NCBI GenBank assembly: GCA_963817955.1
Contig: CAWFQK010000004.1
Location: forward strand, 640,001-704,000
Source: an uncultured Gemmatimonadaceae bacterium
Lineage (GTDB): Bacteria > Gemmatimonadota > Gemmatimonadetes > Gemmatimonadales > Gemmatimonadaceae
Reading direction: 5' to 3'
DNA: 64,000 nt
The notes under the pieces: model-generated
The model's input: only the letters and a program-made list of their open reading frames with translations
Told to the model about the DNA's origin: nothing
Database searches by the model: none
Made by a program: the position numbers and the translations under genes
Part shown: piece by piece, positions 43,629 to 52,496 of the stretch
How positions within the stretch are numbered: the first letter of the stretch is position 1
How the letters are laid out: each line of letters opens with the position of its first letter

Positions 43629-43739
43629 AGAGATCCTTCGCTCCGCTCAGGATGACAGGCCGTCGCTCAGGATGACAGGCCTCGGCAAGAGATCCTTCGC
43701 TCCGCTCGGGATGACAGGCCGTCGCTCGGGATGACCGGC
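43629..43739. repeat. REP-like palindromic cluster
   Basis: Two units with period 59: AGAGATCCTTCGCTCCGCTC(A/G)GGATGACAGGCCGTCGCTC(A/G)GGATGAC. Confidence 0.8.
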
Positions 43740-43759
43740 TTCGCCCCTCCCGTGTCTCC

Positions 43760-44686
43760 CTACCCGACCGCCCGTTCCGGTAACACTGTTCCTTCCGCCC
43801 AGCTCACCGGCTCTGCGACGACCACCGGATGAGCAACGGAGTGCAGTTCCTCGGCCCAGTCCGCAATCCGCCGCATGACGTCCAGTTGATCCGCCATCAC
43901 AGAAAACTGATGGTCGACGTCTGGCAGGAACTCCGCGCGAATGCGGTCGCCGATCCCGAACGGCGCCATCGTGTCGCGGAATTGATCAGCGTAATTGTAT
44001 TCGACCAACGCATCGCCCGAGTAGAGCAAGCGGATGTGAACGCCTCGGTCCAGTAGCCGGCTGAGACCCGCCGCAAACTCCGCCCGGGTGGGAATGAAAT
44101 TGACGACCCCAAGCCGCGGCACCGCTTGCGCCGAGGGAGCGCCGACGGCGGACGAACGAACCCAGGAACGACCTGCTCCAACGCCCCGTTTCAGGAAATT
44201 CACAACCCGGGACGCCAGCTGCGGCTCGCCGAGCGCCCGGGCGTAATAGATCAGATGCGTTTTGAGAGTTGGGAAACGGTACGCATCGAACATCAGCAAG
44301 CCGGCCACACGCTCGTCGCTGAGCGCTGTAGCGTATCCATGGTAGGCGCCGGAACAGATCCCAAAGATCGCGAACCGACTGATCCCTGCCGCGGCCCCGA
44401 GGGCGTCCATTGCGGCGCGGATATCGGCCATGGCCTGCGCCTCGAACGTGTTCTCACCTGTGAGCCTGGCACTGTCCCCGTGACCAGCGAGGTCGATGCG
44501 GATCGACGCGATCCCGCGCGCCGCGAGATAGCGGGCCACTCGCACGTTGATGCGATGGGGACCAACGCGGTGGATGATGCCGGCGTTCAACAGGACGAAC
44601 CCAGTCTCTGCCAGCCCGCTGTCTGGCAACGCGATAGTTCCGACGAGGCCCTCGTTCGGACCAAAGGCCAGGGAATGCTCTTTCAT
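43760..44686 (-). CDS. alpha/beta hydrolase with Cys at the nucleophile elbow (GICSG)
   Basis: LNAGIIHRVGPHR, RIDLAGHGDS, GICSGA, DHQF; ATGA-coupled to the NRPS-like gene. Confidence 0.85.
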   Translation of the reverse strand: MKEHSLAFGPNEGLVGTIALPDSGLAETGFVLLNAGIIHRVGPHRINVRVARYLAARGIASIRIDLAGHGDSARLTGENTFEAQAMADIRAAMDALGAAAGISRFAIFGICSGAYHGYATALSDERVAGLLMFDAYRFPTLKTHLIYYARALGEPQLASRVVNFLKRGVGAGRSWVRSSAVGAPSAQAVPRLGVVNFIPTRAEFAAGLSRLLDRGVHIRLLYSGDALVEYNYADQFRDTMAPFGIGDRIRAEFLPDVDHQFSVMADQLDVMRRIADWAEELHSVAHPVVVAEPVSWAEGTVLPERAVG

Positions 44687-47493
44687 AGCTCCCCCTTGAT
44701 CTCCTCGAGCATGCTGCGAATGTCATCCGTCGGGACCGTGGAATCCGCCAGCATGTCATTGACGAGCCAGTTGATGTCGGATGCCGTCGTTCGCAGCGAT
44801 ACGTCGATCCCAGCTCGCTCCAAGTCCTGTCCCAACTTTGCCGTCTCACCGTCGGCGCGTCCCGTGAAGAGGCTGACCGCTGCTCCGCATTTCTCAAAGG
44901 ACCCCGCCGCCAGCTTGCCAAGTTGTTCTCTGAGCAACGGAGTCAATGGATGTCCGAGCGATTCAGTCCTGGCCTCCTCGATTGCACGTGCGGACAACTG
45001 GCCCTGCATCTCCCAGCGCCTTCCGTATTGCGCCTTCCGGGAGGCGACATGAGCGTTCGCTAATTCGTCGAGATACGCAGCCCCGTCAGTGATCGGCTCC
45101 CAGAGGACCAGCCGGTCCGGCGCACGATTCGCCCGCGCCGACGCCAAGGCGGCTAACGTCCCCCCGAGCTTCAATCCCAGCCACACGCTGCGCCGTGCGC
45201 CGCTGCGGCGCAGCAGCTCCTGGTGCGCCTGCAGGATATCCGACGTCCATCCGTCGATATCACCCAACGCATCGTCACCAGCGGAATCACCAGTTCCGAA
45301 GTAGTCGAATCGCAGCACGTGAAATCCGCTGGCCGCCAGGCGCTCGGCAAGAATCCTGAACACACGATGCGAGCGCACGGCTTCCTGGCCAAACGGATTG
45401 CAGAGGATGCAGCATGCCGACCCGTACTGCCCGCCAGCCGGCACGTGGTACAAGCCGACCATTTCCCGATCCGGCAAACCAAAACGAATCACGTTGACGT
45501 GCGACTCCGTGGTCGAGGACCGTGGAGTAGCCCGCGTAGTGCGGATAGGCACGGTGCGCGCGGCGGCGGTGCCGTTCGCCGTCGCCGACCGGTTGCCCTG
45601 GCGTGCGGGGTTCGCTTTCTCGAGAGCTGCAGCCAGCAGTGCGGTCGTGGAATTCTCGAATACGGTTTGCAACTCGAGCGCGACGCCGAACTGGGCCTCG
45701 ATCTGGGCGACGGCCGCGACCACCATGAGCGACGAAGCGCCCAGGTCGAAGAAGTCGTCATGCACCCCGACGTGATCGAGCTTCAGGAGCGCGCCCCAGA
45801 TCGTTGCCAGTCGCTTCTCCGTTTCGCTGCTCGGCGCAATGAACTCCTGCGTCCTCGATGCGTCATTGTAGTTCGGAACCGGCAACGCCCCGCGGTCCAC
45901 CTTTCCGTTCTGCGTGAGCGGGAATGCAGAGAGGAACATGAAATGGGACGGCACCATGTAGTCGGGCAGTCGTTCCCGTAAGAAGCGACGCATGTCGTCC
46001 GCTGACGGCGCGCTTCCATCGAGCGGAACGACATACGCGACCAGACGCTTGTTGCCGGGCGGCTGCTCGTGAACGAGCACCGTTGCCCCGCGTATGCCTG
46101 GCTGGCCGGCCAGCGTCGTTTCGATCTCACCAAGCTCGATCCGATACCCATGGATCTTGACCTGATTGTCGGCGCGACCCAGGTATTCGAGTATGCCGTT
46201 CGGGCGGTATCGCGCCAGGTCCCCCGTCTTGTAGAGACGTGCACCCACGCGTCCGGAAAACGAATCGGGCAGAAACCGTTCGCGCGTCAGCTCCGGACGG
46301 TTGAGATACCCGCGGGCCACGCCGGCACCGCCGATATAGAGCTCGCCCATCTCACCGATCGGCACGGGCTGGAGCGATTCATCCAACACATACAGCTCAG
46401 TGTTCGCGATCGGCCGTCCAATAGGTATGGAGCCGTTGGGCGGATCCTCGGGCCGTACCTCGTACACGCAGCATCCCACGACCGTCTCGGTCGGTCCGTA
46501 CTCGTTGATCAGACGTGTGGCCGGCGCCACGTCGCGCCAGAAGCGCAGACTCTCGGCGGTCAGATTCTCGCCGCCAATGATGAAAGCGCGCGTCATCCCT
46601 GGTGCGGCACGCGCTCCAATCCGTTGCGTGAGCAGCTCCAGGTGCGCGGGCGTAATCTTGACGAGCCCTCTCTGCCGACCGTCCTGCAGGGCCGCGATCA
46701 GACTCTGTGCGCCGACATCTTCGGGCAGCAGTTCCGCCCGTCCCCCGGCGAGCAGTGCGGGATACAGACTCGTGATGGTCAGGTCGAATGAGATCGAGGA
46801 GTGCACCGGCACGACGTCGCCGGCTCGAACGCCATAGGCACCAATCGCCCACCAGAGATAGTTGACCAGCCCATCGTGCTGAATCAACGCGCCCTTGGGC
46901 CGTCCCGTCGACCCGGACGTATAGATCACGTACGCGAGGTTGGTGGGCGTAGCCGCCGCAGAAAGGTTTGCGCGACTCTCCTGATCGATCGCGCCCCAAT
47001 GTGAATCCAAGCATATCAGCTTGTGCTTCACCTGTGGAAACAACGACTCGGCATTCGCGTCGGTCAGCAGGAGGTGCACGGCGGCATCTTCCACCATGAA
47101 GGCCAAGCGTTCCGCGGGGTACGTTGGATCGATTGGCACATAGGCCCCACCGGCCTTCCAGATGCCCAGCAGCGCAATCACCATCTGCGGCGAGCGGTGC
47201 ATCGACACGCCGACCAGTGTGTCAGGGCCGACGCCGCGGCGGCGCAAGTCGTGTGCGACCTGATTGGCGCGCTCATTGAGCTCGCGATACGTCAGCGATT
47301 GACTTCCGGATGTGACAGCGATCGCCAATGGCGCACGTGCCACCTGCTCCTCGAACAACTCGTGCGCGCACCGATGGGGGAATGGCGCGAGCGTCGCGTT
47401 CCACTCATCGATGACCCGATGGCGGTCCGCCTCGGTCAACGTAGCAGGAGGTGCACGGTACTCAGCACTCAGAGGATTCAGCTCCGTCTCCAT
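44683..47493 (-). CDS. NRPS-like protein: adenylation domain - PCP - alpha/beta-hydrolase-like domain; no C domain
   Basis: YVIYTSGSTGRPKG, SFDL, NEYGPTE, YKTGDL, RIELGEIE, NGKVDR; PCP DDFFDLGASSL; C-terminal CNPFGQE..RFDYFGTGDS..GLKLGG. Confidence 0.92.
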   Translation of the reverse strand: METELNPLSAEYRAPPATLTEADRHRVIDEWNATLAPFPHRCAHELFEEQVARAPLAIAVTSGSQSLTYRELNERANQVAHDLRRRGVGPDTLVGVSMHRSPQMVIALLGIWKAGGAYVPIDPTYPAERLAFMVEDAAVHLLLTDANAESLFPQVKHKLICLDSHWGAIDQESRANLSAAATPTNLAYVIYTSGSTGRPKGALIQHDGLVNYLWWAIGAYGVRAGDVVPVHSSISFDLTITSLYPALLAGGRAELLPEDVGAQSLIAALQDGRQRGLVKITPAHLELLTQRIGARAAPGMTRAFIIGGENLTAESLRFWRDVAPATRLINEYGPTETVVGCCVYEVRPEDPPNGSIPIGRPIANTELYVLDESLQPVPIGEMGELYIGGAGVARGYLNRPELTRERFLPDSFSGRVGARLYKTGDLARYRPNGILEYLGRADNQVKIHGYRIELGEIETTLAGQPGIRGATVLVHEQPPGNKRLVAYVVPLDGSAPSADDMRRFLRERLPDYMVPSHFMFLSAFPLTQNGKVDRGALPVPNYNDASRTQEFIAPSSETEKRLATIWGALLKLDHVGVHDDFFDLGASSLMVVAAVAQIEAQFGVALELQTVFENSTTALLAAALEKANPARQGNRSATANGTAAARTVPIRTTRATPRSSTTESHVNVIRFGLPDREMVGLYHVPAGGQYGSACCILCNPFGQEAVRSHRVFRILAERLAASGFHVLRFDYFGTGDSAGDDALGDIDGWTSDILQAHQELLRRSGARRSVWLGLKLGGTLAALASARANRAPDRLVLWEPITDGAAYLDELANAHVASRKAQYGRRWEMQGQLSARAIEEARTESLGHPLTPLLREQLGKLAAGSFEKCGAAVSLFTGRADGETAKLGQDLERAGIDVSLRTTASDINWLVNDMLADSTVPTDDIRSMLEEIKGEL

Positions 47494-47592
47494 CGCCGCT
47501 CTCACGTCAACGTGTCTTGAGCCATTCGAACGCAAATCCCGAACCATCATTTGTCTACAATCGCGTCAACGATCTCTGATGTCAGCGGCCCA

Positions 47593-48768
47593 TCACAGCG
47601 ACCAGGCGATGAGCTCTTTCATGACTTCATTGGCGCCGGCATAGATGCGCTGCACGCGGCTGTCGGTCCACATGCGGGCAATTGGATACTCGGCCATGAA
47701 CCCATAGCCGCCGTGCAATTGCACGCACTCGTCGATGACCCGGCACTGCATGTCGGTAAGCCAGTATTTGGCCATCGCCGCGCTCGCGTCATCGAGATCG
47801 CCGTTCATGAACCGAACAATGCAATCGTCGACGAATACGCGGCCCACCCGGGCGCTGGTCGCGCACTCCGCCAACTTGAATCTCGTGTTCTGCAAGTCGA
47901 ACATCGGGTTGCCGAACAACGCCCGTTCCTTGGCATACCGGACGGTCGTTGCGACTGCCTCTTCGGCCATGGCAACCGCTCCCACGGCAATGGATAGCCG
48001 CTCGAAGGGCAGTTGCCGCATCATCTGCGTGAAGCCGCGGCCCTCAACGGTTCCGAGCAGATTGGCCGCGGGGACGCGCACGTTGTCAAAGAAGATCTCG
48101 CAGCTATCCAACCCGTGCATCCCGACTTTCTCCAGCGGCCGTCCAACGGAATACCCCGGCAAGTCCTTTGTCTCGACCATGATGAGCGAGATGGCCCGCA
48201 TTGCCACCGCGGCCGGATTGGTCTTCGCGGCCAGGCACACGAGTCCCGAGTGCCACGCGTTGGTGATGAACGTCTTGGAGCCGTTGATCACGTACGAATC
48301 GCCTTCGCGCCGCGCCGTGGTCTTGATCCCCGAGAGATCAGATCCAGCGCCCGGCTCCGTCATCGCGATTGCACCCACGAGCTCACCGCGCGCCATGGGC
48401 GGCAGCCACTTCTGCTGCTGGGCGTCGCTCCCGTATGCCGCGATGTAGTGGCCGACGATGTTCTGCACGCCGGAGCCGAAGTTGATGCCCGCGCGCGCTA
48501 ACTCCTCTTGTACGACGCACGCGTGAGCGAACGTGCCTCCTCCGCCAATCCCCAGCGGCAAGTCCGGAAGCAACAAGCCAAGGCAGCCCGCATTCAGCCA
48601 GTCTGACGGATCGGGATGGTGCTGCTGGCGCCAGCGATCCTGTTGCGGCTCGAATGTCTGCTCGATGAAGCCGCGCACGGCATCGCGGAACAGGCTGACA
48701 TCTTCCGTCTCCCAGGGGGACTGATAGGCGTTCGCCGGCCTGAGGCTCCGTTCAACGTCAACTGTCAT
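47593..48768 (-). CDS. acyl-CoA dehydrogenase (long-chain type signature)
   Basis: IAMTEPGAGSD, NGSKTFITN, LPFERL, QLHGGYG, RVQRIYAGANE. Confidence 0.93.
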   Translation of the reverse strand: MTVDVERSLRPANAYQSPWETEDVSLFRDAVRGFIEQTFEPQQDRWRQQHHPDPSDWLNAGCLGLLLPDLPLGIGGGGTFAHACVVQEELARAGINFGSGVQNIVGHYIAAYGSDAQQQKWLPPMARGELVGAIAMTEPGAGSDLSGIKTTARREGDSYVINGSKTFITNAWHSGLVCLAAKTNPAAVAMRAISLIMVETKDLPGYSVGRPLEKVGMHGLDSCEIFFDNVRVPAANLLGTVEGRGFTQMMRQLPFERLSIAVGAVAMAEEAVATTVRYAKERALFGNPMFDLQNTRFKLAECATSARVGRVFVDDCIVRFMNGDLDDASAAMAKYWLTDMQCRVIDECVQLHGGYGFMAEYPIARMWTDSRVQRIYAGANEVMKELIAWSL

Positions 48769-48878
48769 CCGAGAAGATGCTCCATCGCACTAGAGGATTT
48801 CGCTGGTCCTTCCCATCGTTTGGGGGATGCTGTGCATGGGTCATGCTCTTGGGTACGGCAAGAACTTCGGCCAGGTTG

Positions 48879-49670
48879 ATGTCGACAATTTCCATGTCCA
48901 GTTGGAATGAATGGACACTCGCAGAGACATGTACGACGGCAGCGTGTACGCTGCAGAGCGACAGCGCGCACGTGTGGCGAATGGTGCTATCGGCTGCCGC
49001 AGCAGAGCGTTGGGGGCCGCTGCTCAGTCACGATGAGACGACGCGAGCCTGCGCATTTCGAAGCGCCGAGGCCCAACGACGATTCATCGCGAGTCACGGG
49101 ATGCTGCGCGCTATCCTGGGGAGCTACCTCGGTGTTCCAGGCCACGATGTTGTCGTGACAACGCAACAGTGGGGCAAGCCGATCGTTGCGTCGCCACTAC
49201 ATCCCGAGATCCAGTTCAACATGTCGCATGCGGCAGACGTCGGCCTGGTGGCAATCGGAATCGGCCCTGGCGTGGGGGGGGGGGTGGGGGGGGGGGTGGG
49301 GGTCGACATCGAGAGCATCGAACATTCGCCGGACTGGAACGGGCTACTCGATCTCGCGCTCTCGCCCGACGAACGGATGCATGTGCTCTCGCTGCCGCCG
49401 GCAAACCGACAGGCGGCCTTTCTGACGTACTGGACGCAGAAGGAGGCGTACCTGAAAGGAATCGGAGTCGGGCTGAAGCCGCACCCCGGCGAATTGGCCG
49501 TCGTCTCCGGTCCGGACCGGTCGGCGCGCATTCAGACATCGGGCAGGATTGGCCCCGATGCGGACTGGATTGTCACTCCCCTTCCCGCGCCCATGGAGGG
49601 ATACGTCGCCGCGTTGGCCACCAATACTGTGGTCAGGGAAATAGTGCTGCGGGCCTGCTCAGCGGCGTAG
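48879..49670 (+). CDS. Sfp-type 4'-phosphopantetheinyl transferase
   Basis: GKP, FNMSHA, VGVDIE, WTQKEAYLKGIG. Start uncertain. Confidence 0.9.
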   Translation: MSTISMSSWNEWTLAETCTTAACTLQSDSAHVWRMVLSAAAAERWGPLLSHDETTRACAFRSAEAQRRFIASHGMLRAILGSYLGVPGHDVVVTTQQWGKPIVASPLHPEIQFNMSHAADVGLVAIGIGPGVGGGVGGGVGVDIESIEHSPDWNGLLDLALSPDERMHVLSLPPANRQAAFLTYWTQKEAYLKGIGVGLKPHPGELAVVSGPDRSARIQTSGRIGPDADWIVTPLPAPMEGYVAALATNTVVREIVLRACSAA

Positions 49671-50072
49671 TACTGCTTCGTCAGTGATACCCGCGGATAA
49701 CCGCGGACGACTGCCGCGCAGTCGCGCGAATGATCGAGCGGGGGCAGGCGCAAGCGATCGGGACGACGGGTGACTGTGATCAGTCATCAGTGCGTGGGTC
49801 GTCAGTCCTCAGTGACTGAGGACCCCGACAGCCCTCGATCGGGCGAAGAGACCCGCGACCATCCACCACCATAAAGAACGCGCGACCACGAAAGCCGGCC
49901 CGAGCGAGAACCCGTCGCCTCGCCGCGCGACTGATGACTGAGCACCGCTTACTGATGACTGAAGACAGTCACCCGCCGCCCCGATCGCTTGACCTCGCGT
50001 GGCGTCGCCGGACCCAGCCGCAGAGGTTGGCGTCGTTACCGCCGCCAGCGCTGAACCTCGGACAAAGCAGTA
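49671..50072. mobile_element. MITE, copy B (402 bp)
   Basis: Ends TACTGCTTCGTC...GACAAAGCAGTA, flanked by GTAG/ATAG; homologous to 18346-18643 and 20835-20945. Confidence 0.8.
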
Positions 50073-50095
50073 ATAGCGTCCGTGGAGCGTGGCTG

Positions 50096-50308
50096 TCAGC
50101 CTTCCTCATCTCCTGGCGACGGCTTGTGATGCTTGTTCCCGCGCAACTCGCGGAGCGCCGGGTTGGTGCCGGCCTTCGGAATCATTGGCTGCTCGTGAGG
50201 GTTCGACTGCAGTTCCTGCTTGTCCTCTTCGTGGATGTGTTCGTCATCGGTCCGCATCTTGTGGTCGGTTACGCTGACGTCGCGTTGAGGATTGACTTTG
50301 CCGCCCAT
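50096..50308 (-). CDS. small hydrophilic hypothetical protein (70 aa)
   Basis: GAGG SD, ATG start, and a charged composition unlike shadow ORFs. Confidence 0.55.
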   Translation of the reverse strand: MGGKVNPQRDVSVTDHKMRTDDEHIHEEDKQELQSNPHEQPMIPKAGTNPALRELRGNKHHKPSPGDEEG

Positions 50309-50560
50309 GGCTCGCCTCGGTCTGATGTAGGCTACGAGGACGGGTCACGAAACATGCCCGGGCGATGGAGCGGGAGTTGAGGTCGACGCGCCAGGCATAG
50401 CTCGCTACTGGCAACTCGAAACGCGCGGATCGGAGCAATGATCGGGAGGCGGGCGTTGGACTCCGGGCTCTATTCTGGCCGGATGTCGCTGGCTGCTCCG
50501 TAGCGGTCGGCCCACCGGTCGGCGAGGTTCGAGTTTCCAGTTGTGAGTTATGCGTTGTGA

Positions 50561-50630
50561 GTGTCTCGTGTCCCGTGCCCCGTGTCCCGTGTCCCGTGTC
50601 CCGTGTCCCCCGCCCGTGTCTCGTGTCCCC
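50561..50630. repeat. 7-nt microsatellite (GTGTCCC)n
   Basis: About 9 degenerate units; shorter runs of the same unit at about 3657-3680 and 52435-52478. Confidence 0.8.
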
Positions 50631-50702
50631 CGCCAGCGCGTGGATCTTGCGTTACGTCCATCACCGTGAGGGCTTACATCTGTTTGGTCGGGGAGAGCGC
50701 GA

Positions 50703-50894
50703 ATGGAATCAGTGACACCGCCCACGGGCGGCCGGAAGCGAGAGTCGATGGAAGCCGCCGACGTCGAACACGACGTTGTGGACGAGTCGTCGGAATCGAG
50801 CTTTCCGGCGAGCGATCCGCCGGCTTGGGAGCCGCTGCACATCGGAGTCCCGGATAAGCACCCCGATCAGTCAGCGCCGGATCAACTGACGTAG
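50703..50894 (+). CDS. small acidic hypothetical protein with the VDE.S.ESFPASDPP motif
   Basis: DVVDESSESSFPASDPPAW is a widespread small-protein motif; GGAG SD. Confidence 0.72.
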   Translation: MESVTPPTGGRKRESMEAADVEHDVVDESSESSFPASDPPAWEPLHIGVPDKHPDQSAPDQLT

Positions 50895-50951
50895 AGCCGC
50901 AACGCCAACGGTGCAATTGCGCGGGCGCGGCGAGCAGAGACGAGCCGGACA

Positions 50952-51521
50952 GTGACTCGCGCGGTCTTCACGATCGGCCATTCGACGCGGACCATCGCCG
51001 ACTTCGTTGCGTTGCTGCGCGGGTCCGACGTGGCGATGCTCATTGACGTACGCTCATTTCCACGCTCGCGTACCGCGCCGCAATTCAACCAGGACGTGCT
51101 GCCCGCCACGCTCGCGGCCGAGGGCATCATGTACCGGCATCTGCGCGCTCTCGGCGGACGGCGTCATCATCGCAAGGGTGCACCGCCATCGGCAAATACG
51201 CTCTGGCGCGTGCCGGCGTTCCGCCACTATGCGGACTACGCAGAGACTGCCGAGTTTCGTGCCGGTTTCGACACATTGCTCGCGCTCGCGCGCGCGCACC
51301 GGTGCGCGATCATGTGCGCCGAAGCGGTCTGGTGGCGCTGTCATCGCCGCATCATCACAGACTATCTGTTGGCTCGCGGTGTTCCTGTAGAGCACATCAT
51401 GGGTCCCGGCACGGTAACGCCGGCAACGCTCACGCCCGGCGTCGTCGTGCAGGCAGACGGCACGCTGCGCTATCCGGCGCCCGACGAGGCAGTGGCAATG
51501 GGAGGCGGCGAACTAACCTGA
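50952..51521 (+). CDS. DUF488-family protein
   Basis: FTIGHSTR, IDVRSFP.SR..PQFN, LGGRR, MCAEAVWWRCHRR. Confidence 0.9.
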   Translation: MTRAVFTIGHSTRTIADFVALLRGSDVAMLIDVRSFPRSRTAPQFNQDVLPATLAAEGIMYRHLRALGGRRHHRKGAPPSANTLWRVPAFRHYADYAETAEFRAGFDTLLALARAHRCAIMCAEAVWWRCHRRIITDYLLARGVPVEHIMGPGTVTPATLTPGVVVQADGTLRYPAPDEAVAMGGGELT

Positions 51522-51678
51522 GGATGAATCCGGCACGGCCGCCCAACGATCTTACGTAAGGAGAACCCTGACTAACGGAAAATCCCTGCCCGGAACATCT
51601 TCCCGCACGAGTCTTGGCGCGGCGAGTCAGAGCCGACATCGCCCCATCAGGCGCGCGTACCGCGGCGGAGGTATCTAC

Positions 51679-51942
51679 ATGATCTCTCAGCAGCGTAGTC
51701 TGGCCGAGCTTGATGCCGGCGAACAAGCGCAAATTCAAATGGTGCTCTTTGATTCCCTTCGCTCGAAGTTCGGAGCCGCTGGGCTCATCGAAGGCATCGC
51801 ACTGAAATGCGTCAGCCGCGACTCAGGCAAGCTCACTCTCGTCATGCCCTCAGGCGACCAGATCGACATCTCGCGCGAACATGCCCGTTTCGTCGAGGTG
51901 AGTACGCCTGCACGACTCAGCGCCCCAGAACGACGCCCCTGA
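51679..51942 (+). CDS. stand-alone FeoA-like SH3 domain protein
   Basis: GGAGG SD; SLAELDAGEQAQI..GLIEG..ISREHARFVEV matches the FeoA pattern. Confidence 0.62.
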   Translation: MISQQRSLAELDAGEQAQIQMVLFDSLRSKFGAAGLIEGIALKCVSRDSGKLTLVMPSGDQIDISREHARFVEVSTPARLSAPERRP

Positions 51943-52420
51943 GCGTCACCGCTTGCGCGCTCGCTACTGCTGCGCGCAGATCGTGGTCGGACCTATACCG
52001 GCGGCGTCCGAGCTGACGCGTCTGGATTGCGATCGGAATCTCGTCGCCGCCGAACAGGTCGGGCTCGACGATCACGCGTTCCTCATCGAGCGTGACACGC
52101 CATTCGCCCAATTGATTCAGATCGTCCGACCCGGTGCAGAACGCGAGCGAGATGAGGTCGCCCAGGCGCACGAAGGTGTAATCCAGCTGTAGCTCCTCGA
52201 GCGACGCAGCCGTCATCAGCACAAGCTCATCGCGCAGCTCGGCCATTCGAGTCAGGAAGGGCTGCCAGTCAGGATCATGCTCGGCGACAGCGAGGAGAAT
52301 CGTGTCTCGCCGCGGGTGATTCCGCAGACGAACGCAGTGTGCCATGATCGCGCCGGCAAGCCGTGCGTGGTCCGACTGCGTGATGAGCAGCAGAGCGTCA
52401 GCTGAGCGGCGAACGATCAT
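51917..52420 (-). CDS. DUF3891-like protein, apparently internally shortened
   Basis: LITQSDHARLAG..AVAEHD N-terminus joins directly to PDW..DYTFVRLGDLISLAFC. Confidence 0.62.
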   Translation of the reverse strand: MIVRRSADALLLITQSDHARLAGAIMAHCVRLRNHPRRDTILLAVAEHDPDWQPFLTRMAELRDELVLMTAASLEELQLDYTFVRLGDLISLAFCTGSDDLNQLGEWRVTLDEERVIVEPDLFGGDEIPIAIQTRQLGRRRYRSDHDLRAAVASAQAVTLRGVVLGR

Positions 52421-52496
52421 GGGTGCGTGTCCGTTGTCTCGTGCCGCGTGACCCGTGTCACGTGTCCCCAGTCCCGTGAGAGACCCAGACAGCCGA

